Origin: Marsupella aquatica
Lineage: Eukaryota; Plantae; Marchantiophyta
NCBI GenBank assembly: GCA_973895155.1
Contig: OZ316891.1
Coordinates: 10,541,875 to 10,605,874 of the forward strand
Length of the DNA stretch: 64,000 nucleotides
Reading direction: 5' to 3'
Positions 12,269 through 23,401 of the stretch are shown piece after piece; position 1 is the stretch's first letter; each line of letters begins with the position of its first letter. The translations under genes were made by a program, and so were the position numbers. Under the pieces are notes generated by a model that had not been told where the DNA came from, did no database searches, and saw only the letters and a list, made by a program, of their open reading frames with translations.

Positions 12269-12303
12269 GGGATGGGTGTACTGTTGGGCCAATTGTTCTC
12301 CAT
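12269..12303 (-). pseudogene. Displaced N-terminus (MENNWPNSTPIP) of the 3.5-4.15 kb transposase
   Basis: ATG at 12303, just after an acceptor-like ttgctacag. Joins in frame across a single TA to SSIDNSPTSDSSLELSNDEDLL at 4154. Confidence 0.75.
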
Positions 12304-13045
12304 TTCAACTGTAGCAAAGAAAGATCAAACAGCAAATACAAACGAAGATTAAAAACTATTTTTTTAAACTAAAGTAAGTGGGACCATAGAATAGCAAAGA
12401 CAAACCTACAAAGCACCAAAGCCTAGAGAGATTTGACAAAACAAGGCTACAGAAAAAAGGAACTCAAGTACATGGGACCAAATGAACTCAAGTATGTGGG
12501 ACCGTGGAAGTTTAGGCAGGTCTACCATGGCAATAGTGTACATGGGGAAGTGGGAGCATGCAGCATTAATTAGATCTGCATAGCAACAAGAAGAATATTT
12601 GGAAGAGCCACAATAGTGAACCAACATAAAGCAAAGCAAGAGTGCAACACAGCATCACCCTGGACCATGCCTACAATGTCAGAAATGCTCACACTATGGA
12701 AACTGTGAGAAATGCTCACGGTGGAAAGTGTGAGGGGAGAGACTTGCCCTAGAAATCATTAGCTACAGGACTTCACCTTGAGTTTTGACAAAAAAGTATT
12801 TTCATGCTCTATTTTCAACGTAACTAGTCTTTTAGAATTACAGGGTGAGTGGCCCATCTTTTCATGGGCTGCTTTTACGGAAAACTCTATTAAATAAAAA
12901 TATTTCATACAAGAGCTTATAGATCTTGAAGTATCTCACGGTTTCCCAGCCAGCAAGGACCCCTTTTGGAACTGCAACCAAACCTACTTTGCAGATTTTG
13001 GAATATTAGTTACAATAGGAATACAATTCACTCGGAGTCCCAAGC

Positions 13046-13350
13046 TTTGGGGGTCATTATATGGAGGGTCATACATTGTGTGCGAGTTTTTAGGGTTTGA
13101 TCTCCCTAACTTATAAGTGAAAAATGCATTTTTGCAACACCAAATTTTCTTTAAATTTTGCAAATTTTATTTAAAAACCCCTAAAAACTTAAAGAAAATG
13201 TTTTTTACAATTAAATAGGCCTATTTGATCTTTAAAGCCTACCAATTGATAAAATATGTGGTATTTGTTCTTCTACAAAATTTTGGAAGTTTTTTGCCAC
13301 ACTCTTTAAAATGGGCCTTTATTTCGTCGCACATGATATGCCACTTTTGT
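13046..13350 (-). mobile_element. Diverged relative of MITE family A
   Basis: tttgggggtcattatatgg resembles one terminus; tttcgtcgcacatgatatgccacttttgt resembles the subterminal region of the other end. No TSD visible. Confidence 0.55.
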
Positions 13351-14081
13351 ACCACTTCCATGCCCAAACAACAGAAAAGAATCAGGAAAGAAGATTTTGT
13401 AATCTGGTGAGGTTGGAGGCCAACAAGAAAACCCTTCAAATTTATTGGTAATGGGAAAATAAAACAACAGCCACAACGGCCAGGAATACTAAGAGCAGGG
13501 CATAGAAAGCCCTACAAGACACGCTGCAAAAGAGCAAAAGCCCAAGACTCAAGGCCAGAAAGAGACTCCGGCCAACGTAAATGGCTCATACAACGAGTTG
13601 GCAACATTACAAGAGTTTTGCAGTGTTATTAAATCAGAATACAATAAACTTAGAGTCACAAGTCTCCAAACAAAAGAAGAGCCAAAACAAGCCACCAGCC
13701 ATATATACATGCTGGGAGACACATGGGTGAGGATGACTTTACAATACGTCACAGTTTACACTTTTTTTTGTCTCCAAGATCTGATCAGGGCCATCCATTC
13801 GGGAGAAGCTTCTGTCATTCACTTTACAAAATGTTGCAGGCACTTTCAACGTAACCTATTACCAATCCTACATAGAATGGAGTGGGGTCCAATTTTTGCT
13901 GATGTGGAGCTCATTTTTGACCCAGATATATTGTAGACCACCTCTCTTGGAGTTCTCTTTGTCTGGCCCCTTTGTCTATTCCTATTTAAAATCATTTGCA
14001 TGAAAAGGGGACCCACAAGTCCTTCATAAGATATTCTCTTGTCACACTTAGGAAGACTCTAGTCAAGGAATACCCTGACAT

Positions 14082-14306
14082 TCAGGTGGAGTGGGTCCCC
14101 AATATGTCTGTTAGCTAAGTGGGTCCCCAATATGTCTGTTTGCAAATTAATCTAACATCTCTGGTTGCACTTGCTTTACAAGACCTTAGGGGCGTCAGGT
14201 GCAGTGGGTCCCCAATATGTCTGTTAGCTAAGTGGGTCCCCAATATGTCTGTTTGCAAATTAATCTAACATCTCTGGTTGCACTTGCTTTACAAGACCTT
14301 AGGGGC
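14082..14306. repeat. Near-perfect 113-bp tandem duplication, each unit with an internal sub-repeat at 28-bp spacing
   Basis: Units start at 14082 and 14195; gtgggtccccaatatgtctgtt occurs four times. Confidence 0.9.
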
Positions 14307-14901
14307 CATGAGAGTATTTGAAAAACGTTTTTAGCCCCAGACACTCTTTAGTGTGTGAAATGGCACTCCAATTTGCTTTGGGTGAAAAACCTCACAAGTG
14401 CCCCCAACTTCTTTAGCCTTGAATTATCCAATTGAATTCCATTCAAAGAGACAAAGTGCAACAGGGTGGACAAGTGCTAAAAGCCAGGGAAACCAGCACC
14501 ATGGCAGAAGGAAGGGCTCAAAAGGAAGGCAGCTAAACAAGACGTTCAACTACTCTAGAAGGAGCAACACACTCCATAGGACCCAACAGCACACTCGGTA
14601 AGACCGGCCTGTGAAGAAGCCCGAGCTGGAAGTGCCCCCAACTTCTTCTACAGTCATCCTAAGCCCATTGTGATCTTACTATAGTAGTTACGTGGTCATC
14701 TGCCTGTCTGAAGTCGGGTCACAAGTAAAACGGCCAAAGCAAATCATGTCCGTAGTTGGTTCTAACTTTTCTTACTGATATAAACTTTACACCCAACCTT
14801 ATACCACAAAGGTGTGATTGACTTCAATTCTTGGACACTCATCTTGGGGATACTCTCCTCTACTCGATTGTGGAACCTCCAAGAATTGTGGAATCCATTC
14901 T

Positions 14902-16900
14902 TCAAGCTAGTAATTGACTGTAAACAGCAGCGTTCAAGCGAGGCGTAGCACGTAACAAAAGCGGAGTCGCTGGACGAGACACGATAGTAAGCACTTCCGT
15001 CCTATCAATGTCATCGATTGTCTTGCCAGGCTGCGGACTCCAATCGAACGCATGAACGAGAGTGGCAATAATCCTCTGCACCGTCAGCAGCCCCATCGCA
15101 GCCGCTGGGCACTTCCGCCTCCCGCTTCCGAAAGGAAGCAAACTGAAGAGATTGCCTTCTGTGAGGTTGATCTGCTCCTTGGAGTTCATGAACCTCTCGG
15201 GGTCGAACTTCTCAGGGTCCTCCCAATTGAGAGGGTCCCGAGAGATGAATCCAGCATTCACAAAGACAGTTGTGTTGGCAGGGACGTAGAACCCTTGCAC
15301 GGTCGTCGCTTCCGCAGTGAAGTGGGGCGCCAAGATAGGAGCAGGAGGGTGACAGCGAAAAGTCTCCTGGATAAGAGCTTGGAAATATGGCAACTTGGGG
15401 AAATCAGATTCCTCCACGGGTTTCCCTTTGCCGACTACTTCGTCCATCTCATGTTGCAGCTTGGTGAGACAATCTGTGGAAAATATGGCAAACCATGTTA
15501 AAAGCGATTAAGTTGTTTACAGCTTCGAAAGGGTTCTAGTTGTTCTGATCATTTTCTTGCGAGCAAATTGTGTTGTATTGTGTGACTTATTGCACTGGGT
15601 GAATTGGCTACCATCGTTGATCGAGACAACCAAGTCTGAAAGCATTCTTGAAGTAAAGGGGATGAACCGCAAGATGTACGTTACAACGAAAAGAAACTGA
15701 TCGCAAGTTTGCAGATCTCCTATTACCTGGATTTTTTACGAGTTCCAGCATCGCCCACTCTGCAGTGACAGCATTGGTGAATATCCTCACTGGGGGAACG
15801 GACACTCTTTGGTCCATCCTTGATAATTCACCCATTGAAGCCATGGCAACATGTCCCCTAAATTCAGTTTCAGGACGAGATCAGTGAAGCCATGGATAAT
15901 TTCGGGACAGTGCCTGAGCTGGTCCGTTTCGGCAGTCAACGAATCAGCGTACCGCCTTCCGAACATGAGCGAGCAGAACAAGTTGACGGTCAGGTCAAAA
16001 GTAGACTCGGCGACGTTTATGATGCCTTCTGAGTTTATCTGCCTTTGAATACTTTCCACCAGAAACGCACCTGCAACAAGTTTGTGGACAATGAGCGCGC
16101 CGCGAAACACAGTTTTTGGTCACCAATTTGAAATAAGAGATGTGGCGTAAATAACAAATCGGAACTCGAGGAGAAGCTGATCCTCAAATCTCCATCAATT
16201 AGAAACTAGTGTTACACCATGAAAACTCTTTATCAGGATGAATTACATCGTCCAGCAGCCATCTGCTGCTGGTATCCAGTCTCGCTGTAAATAAAAAAAC
16301 CCGATGATCATGCACTTCACGCGCGGCAAAGACGTGAGAATTGGAAGATCGACTCCCACGATCCACATAAAAGCAAGAAATGACCAGATAACCCGTACCC
16401 TCACGCCTCCTGACGTTCTCGAAACGGTGCTGCCCTGATGGATTGAAGACATTGATGGTGAGCAACTTCTTCAAGTTCTTGTGCGTCTCGTTATAACTCG
16501 AGTAAAATATGTCCTGTGAGCCAAACCCGAAGTACTTGGAAGCAGATTTCAGGAATGGGGGTCTATTTGCGAATATTACGTCCTTCGTCTTCAAAACTTC
16601 CTCGGCTCCCTCCGCTGTACAGACAATGAGCATCCCATGGGAACCCAGACGATAATAGAAGATCTTCCCAAACTTTTTGGCCATTCGTTTGTACCACTCG
16701 CCAATGTTTGGGTCCACTGAGAACATGGCACCCACTACAGGCAGATTAAGAGGACCTGGTGGTAGATTGCGCCTAGACTTGGATCCCGGGAAGGTCTTGA
16801 TGACGATAAGCCAGAGAACCACTCCCACAATGACCGCAGCTAATATCTTCATCTTCAATTCATTTACATAGAACATGTCCTTCACCCAATAGTTGCCCAT
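14902..16900 (-). pseudogene. Cytochrome P450, CYP71 clan (A-type), probable pseudogene; exons about 16900-16399, 16070-15727 and 15473-14902
   Basis: N-terminal TM helix, LPPGP hinge, FANRP, K-helix ETFR, PERF, heme loop FGSGRRKCPA. Exon 2 hits TGA at 15787-89 and resumes in another frame at TNAVTAEWAMLEL; the G/H helices and the AGxDT motif are missing. Confidence 0.88.
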
Positions 16901-19612
16901 CACGTGTGTTGTAGTTGTAGATCCCCGTTATCATCTAGAAGCCCTTTGAGTGAGGAAGAGAGTTGTGAGGTTTCGTAGGCATCAGGCTGCAAAGAAGAAT
17001 GGAAATGAACAATGCTTGTCTTGTCATTGCAAGAGAGAGTCTCGGTTTCTATATACTTTGAGAATGGATCGTGCACAAACTTCTTGACCGGGCAATACTC
17101 TAGGTGCCTAGCTTTTAACTTGCTAGCAGGTAACAGGGGACATCCATACCTTTTCCGATACAGTCATGAAGGGGGTAGTGCGCCAAAAAGGGAGGCCACT
17201 TCTCTCTATATATAGTTCCGCCAGTGACGGGTGAAGTCGGGCACCACCTTTGTGACTAGATTAATTGGGCTGATATTTTTAGGTGGTAATATATATTTTA
17301 TATAGAAATGCAAAGGAATAGAAATACCTAAAGTGCAGCCATGGTCCCAAATGCCAAAAACCCAATAAAGGGGAAAACAAAGGAAACTACATGATTCCAA
17401 AAGCCAAAAAACCCAATAGAGAGGGAAATCAAAGGAAACTGAGTAAACCCAAGAGCCAAAAAGCCCACGAGCACCAAGGGGAAACCCAAAAACCAGAAAG
17501 GGCATACTTTGAATCATGCTATTGTCATACTTTCCTCTCCACAGATTCAGTGCAAGGTTATGCAAAACTATGCAACTAGGACTTATTACTCCACCTATGC
17601 CAACTGTCAGTGTCATATATCACAGTATTCATTAAAAGCCAAGGAGTTGAATTTTATCCGGCAGATTCGGGCATCAAAAGGTGCACTTTATAGTCACAAC
17701 AAGAGCATACCTGAGCAACCAGAAGTGTACATTTGGGGTAAAAGTGTATAGTTGGGAAAGAAGAAAAGAACATTTCTAAACCATAAAGTGCACATTCCTA
17801 TAAACCTTCATCAGATACAAGGCACAGCTCTAAGAAAGGGATGATATGTATTTATCTATATAATACAGGGGCAATCAGAAGCTAGGATATGTAAGGGCTT
17901 AGGGCCTATGGTCTATGGTGAAGTCTCTAGACCTTGACTGTGGAACACAATTATAATTAGAGATGGAATTGGAAATGGGCATGATGGTACTCAGCATCTA
18001 TTAATGAGAGAAGCTGGAGCATTCAGGCTAGTTTACCTAGATTGTGATACCCTTGTGCAAGGTTGATAGGCTCTTAAATATTATTGAGTCACAAATTAAA
18101 CTAACCCTACAAGCCTCCTCTTTTCTGGTTTGAGAAAAGAGCAAGATGCCATGGATGATGGGAACTAATTTGAGGTTCCAAATGCCCAACATATGAGCTC
18201 AACAAATGTATGTTCCAGAAATTTGATACTCTACATAAAATGTAAAGCTAATGAATGAAGTAAGGGCTATAGAATCCTGGAAACCTCGTAATGAGCACTG
18301 AGGTGCATCTTATTCTGCATCAAAAGTCTGTTAAGCTTTGGAGCATGTTGCTCCTTAGAGGTATACCTGGACAAGATTCATGCAATATATTTTTATAATT
18401 GCAAGTCAACACACAACATCAAGATTTTATGTTGATCTAGATCAGGTTTCTATTAATTGTTTGGTAAGATTTCCTTGACAATAACGAAATCAAAACTGTG
18501 TGTTAAATATGCGTCAAGTTATTGCACTTTGTATACCAAAAAATAAACCAATACACTATATTTATGATCTACAAATCAAGTGATTTGAACGACATCTGTC
18601 TTGGTTAATGTTCTGGTTGTACGGCTGACCTCGATTTAACCTGCGGTGAAAACATGTGTCTTACAATGTTGACAAAGTCTTCTTGCATACTGTGTGCTTT
18701 GGCCTGCATGACATCCAGAATTGACAAGACAAATAAGATGCACAATGACACATCACCTCCAGAAATGGCTTGAGATTATAATGTACGTTTTCTTAATAAG
18801 ATGATCATTTTCCATTGAAATCCAGTTGTATTCTGGGGGGGTCACTCAAAATCTTTGGACCCATCAATTTCTTACGAACAATAAATTTTTTAAAATTTAT
18901 TTCAAAGAAAAAAATATAATTTTTTATATAATAACATTAGGGTGTTTTAAATCCTGAAGGATGATGCCTGAAGACTTGCTGAACCCGCAGCCAAAAACAG
19001 ATTTAGAATTGGAATAGGATCATTCTGCTCAAGTGCAATCTCTTGGCTTTTCTTTTACTCTAAAATTCAAAGGTTGGGACCTCGAACCACTGCAACATTC
19101 CTGCCCTTGCCCTTGGAAGTCCACAATCTGTGCCATCGGACCTTGCACAGCAGGGGGTCAGGCATCTAGATTGTGTCTCTATCAAATGCTGCTAGGAGTT
19201 GAGGGGTGCATTCTTCAAGACTGCGTACATGCAAGTTGGGCCTTACAGTGGTAGGTCATGACGATTAAGGGAGTACCAGGGCAGCTCCCTCGCAATGCAA
19301 TAGGAAAGCCATGACCCCTGCTTCATCCCTTCCCCAATGAACCCGCAAAGGCAGGCCCGATGACAGGGCCGTCCCTTCATTCCCATTGCTCCCCTATTTC
19401 CTTCCAACCTACTCCCATTTTAAAACACACTCTCGGGCCAATATACAGGGAACTACCTCGGGATAAGTACATGAGTTAAAATTAACCCATGTACAAAAAG
19501 GGGGTTGACTTAGGGATTTAAATAGTTTGGGGACAGGTTGATAATTATGGTCAGTCATAGAAATACGTTAGTAAAAAATGGGAAAAAAATAAGAACTCCC
19601 ACTATTTTGGAG

Positions 19613-19865
19613 CTCGTGGGTCTCACTATATGGAGGCCTCTCCATCACCTGTGACATTTTTAGGCCTTGGACCCCCTTTTACTGGAAGAGAAAAATATTT
19701 TAACCCCTATAAATTTGGAATATTCTTGAAATATTTTAAAAATTGGATTTAAAGTACCATATTATTCTTATGAGAAAATTTTTAAGTCTTCCCATAGAAC
19801 CAATAAAATAACTTTATCATTTGTCACACATGATGTACCATTTTTGTGGAAGTGAAGCCACCAAA
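19613..19865 (-). mobile_element. MITE family A copy
   Basis: Reverse-oriented homology to 10546-10842. Termini ctcgtgggtctcact and agtgaagccaccaaa; flanks ttttggag and ttttgcag (7/8 match, 8-bp TSD). Confidence 0.88.
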
Positions 19866-20259
19866 TTTTGCAGTGGTTATCTTACGATTTTGTAGTGCCA
19901 AAAGAATCTGAGAATTAAGGAACCAAGGCTGAAACCAAGGCAAGGAAGAGAAACAGAGAAACTGGAAAAAGGTCAAGGATTAAGGAGAAAGTGGGGGGGG
20001 TCAAGGAGCATATATTTGTACTCCTCTATTCTCCCAAATCTCAAGCCAGTAGTTTACACCAATTGCACAAAGTCCCAAATATGGTCCACCTATGTCAATC
20101 CTAAGTCCCTCTCTATGACATTTGCCAAAGACTACACAGGGAAACTGAAATCACTTTTATTAGCGTCAAAGTTGGTCATTCTTCCACATTTTCTTCTTAA
20201 ATCCCAAATAGAGCCTCTTATCAGCCTATGCTCAAGTGCCTGCTCTTGGCCTCTTTTAG

Positions 20260-20600
20260 GCAACAGTTTCTTTTACATAACGTCTTTTCCTTCATGACAT
20301 CTTAGTTTTGTGCAAATACACCTTTTATATAACTTCTTTTATGGAATGAAACCCTAAACAACAATCTCCTTTGTGGAACAATATTTTTTAGCAACAACAT
20401 CTCTTAGGCAAGAACCTCTTTCACCCAACAATTTTTTTCATTAACAACATCTTTCCTCCACGACAGTTTTAGCAAAATGATATTTTGTCCACAATGACAT
20501 CTTTTATGCAACAACATGTTTTGTGTAATGACAGAAAAGACATCTTTCCTGAAACTTACAACATCTGTTATGCAAAGAAATACATTTGTGCAACAGGATC
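20260..20600. repeat. Degenerate minisatellite with a period of about 15-16 bp and core (A/G)ACATCTTT
   Basis: Recurrent caacatct/gacatct followed by T-runs throughout the interval. Confidence 0.6.
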
Positions 20601-23401
20601 TTAATGTGTGCCTACCACTGTAAGGCCCAACTTGCATGTATGCAGTCTTGAGGAATGCAGCCCTCAACTCCTAGCAGCGTCAGTGAATGGCATACAGTGG
20701 TATGGCATTAATCTTAGATTGTAGCAACATCTTTTATAGATTGACATATTGTATGCCATACCACCTTTTTTGCAATGCACGGGTAATAAGCAAATGGTTT
20801 TTGAAAAGCAATCAGACAGAGGTCTGGGTTAAAAATGTCCACTTCCACTTGCATGACAATTCCTTAACTGCTCCAGATTTTATTATTTTATTTTGAAATT
20901 TGATGGAGAAATTTGTGATACCCACAGAAAGGGAACAATCAGTCACAACATTTGAACCCAAGGTCTATGAGTCTCAACGCAAGTGAGTTACCATAAAGCC
21001 ATGCCTCTATGGCCACTGTTCCGGATTTTTAGTGACTTGCAACCACTTCTTTGTTTGCAGGAACCTTTCATCAAATTGGGAGAGCCAGCAGCAGAAAGCT
21101 CAAGTTGACAAGACATGACAACAAGAGATAGTAGAGTCAACAAACCACAAGTACTAAATCCACTATGCTGAAAATAGTGGTAGAAGATAACTACAAGGAC
21201 CATGATCCTATTGCACATGGATATTGCTGGTATGCTACTTGTGTAAGAGGTAGAGGCAGTCTAGATCATTTTCAGTGGTTTCATTCATTTGTCCAAAAAC
21301 TAGACACAGAATAGTTACTAAGGTAGTATGGGCAAAGACAGGCTTGATTACGATGTGAATGAAGTGCGCTTACCATCTAAGACCCAACATCTTGGCAGTT
21401 GAGGGATACCTCCTCTAATAGATAGTAAGCACAATGATGGATCAAACAAAAGTCACACTTCTCATTTTGTCAGTGCCAAAAAAAACTTTAGAAGGCAAAA
21501 AGCATGCTGGATATTGATTAAGCATTCAAGAGAAGAATGTCTAATTTTGAGCAACAAAAAGTGAACATTGATTCAATAGGATTGGGGATATGGCATGTCA
21601 TCTTTTTCATTCACATCTTTTTGGCCATTCAAAATGAGAAAATTTTGGTAAAAGTGCTCAAATACTTACCTATGGGAATTTCCAGTATCTATGCTCTGTG
21701 GTTACAAGTGGAAGGATCCCGCCAAGATCTCTCCCATATCTTTTTACAAATGTAAAAGGCAACACACAACACACGTTTTGGGAAATGGCTCATCTATGAG
21801 AAGCAGAATATTGCTCAAATACTCTAGAATGGACTCTGGTCCTGCATGCCTGACCATGGTGAATTGGCACCATTCTAGCCGAAAAGATTTCTCTTCTTAT
21901 CTCATCTAAATGTTGCAGCCATCTGTTCAATTGAGAGGCTGGGTTGTCCCATGACAAACCTGGCCCTTTTTGAAATTCACAGAACATAGTGAACAAATCA
22001 GATGAAGATAAGCACCTCCCACTGGTAAGAACATGCCCAAAGGCTAGAGGAGGGAAAGTTCAATCCTTGAAGTTTACTCGAGATTGTTTCTTTGCTTCAA
22101 GGAGCAGTCAAGATCTAGATGGTAAGGCAGGAGGTCGAAAGCAAAGTAAGATTATGCCTATGCTTCAGGAGGATGGATGAAGTAAATCGTGAGGAGGGAG
22201 GTTGAAAGCTAAGTAAATCAAACTTGCCCTGACACAAGCTTGTGAGCCTAACAGTATGTGTGCAAAAAGTAACACCTGCTTAAGGAGCTCTTCTCACCCC
22301 CTACAGTCCTCTCTATTTGATTGAACAAAGTGAAGCCTGTTGTGATCTGATATGAAACCTATATCCCAGGGTAAGGCCTTCCAAAATATTCTGACCAGAT
22401 TCTCAAGACTGTAGAGAGTTTCCCAGAGTACAGTCATCCGAAATGTGGAGTTGAGACAGCCGAGTCCACCATGAGCATGAGAGTATGGAGGCGGGACAGC
22501 AGAGAACAGCATGAGCATGAGTGAGAGCCAAGGAGAAGGGAGAGAAGCAGGTTCACTTTCTCACCACCGATCCTCAAGAAAAGTAGATCTATGATTGCAT
22601 ACATCCGCCACATGATGATTCAAACAAGAAATCCTCGACACGAATAAATCCATGAGCGAGTGATCCAAGCTATGGATCCTCAACAGTATAAATCTGCCAT
22701 AGAATGATCCAAATTTTTAATTCTCACATTTTGGGACCTATAGTGTGTGTGCTGGTCCAGATCCTTTCATAAGCAATGACTAAACCCTAAATTCCCTCCA
22801 CAACTTTACAGCTCGAAAAGAATAAAAAGCCCTATCGATGACTCGTGTACAGCCCTATGGAACGTTTCTCTTGACATTGGAAAAACATATAGCTGCCAGT
22901 TCAAACCACGGATTCCAGTCCAGAACACACAAGCAGCGACCTTATCACAGGCATACATCTTCATAATTACTGAAGGACAAGACCAAGCCATGGAGGAATG
23001 CTATGACAGGCTAGCTTGACCAGACACAAAATCGACTGGTCTTGCTCTCGGACCAAATGTGTCCACCAGAAACGTGGTGCTTCGTTTACAAGGAGCTGAC
23101 CATGACCCCAGGAAATTTTACACTTTCGCTATACAACTTTTCAGGAGCATGTACAGTATCGCAGTGCAGCTACTTGGCACTGACCTTTTGAGACTATGAT
23201 TCTTGGTTACAATTTGATAAGGAGGACAAATATAGCACAACTCTTTCAGTCCACTAAGGAAGCATGGTGGACAGTTGCCTAGAAGCGACGAGAGGTACGC
23301 CTTCCTTCCTCTGGGCAAATTAAAAAATTCAGCACTCCCGCAAAACCCTCCCGAACGGACTATGACTACAAGTATTTTTTACAGAGCTTTTGGGTAGTCA
23401 A

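Larger units (their letters stand above)
19188..20678. repeat. 68-bp inverted repeat pair (19188-19255 and 20611-20678), probably a remnant of a long-TIR DNA transposon
   Basis: 65/68 identity between arms by manual alignment. The extended left arm (19067-19245) also resembles 45319-45505. Confidence 0.8.

Noticed and set aside
12839-12850. Mariner-like end TACAGGGTGAGT, with similar reversed motifs near 39178, 39635 and 39677
   Set aside because: No nearby paired terminus; the distant motifs cannot plausibly bound one element across intact genes.
13780-13870. MULE transposase-like motif (AI...H..CCRHFQRN)
   Set aside because: A single short motif with no supporting DDE context; could be chance.
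20950-20995. tRNA or SINE head on the minus strand (tggtaa...ggttcaaat)
   Set aside because: No cloverleaf, body or tail; too short to support.
21480-21900. LINE 3' zinc-finger remnant (LC...QDLSHIF..C)
   Set aside because: Requires several frameshifts; no RT domain or poly(A) tail is recognisable.
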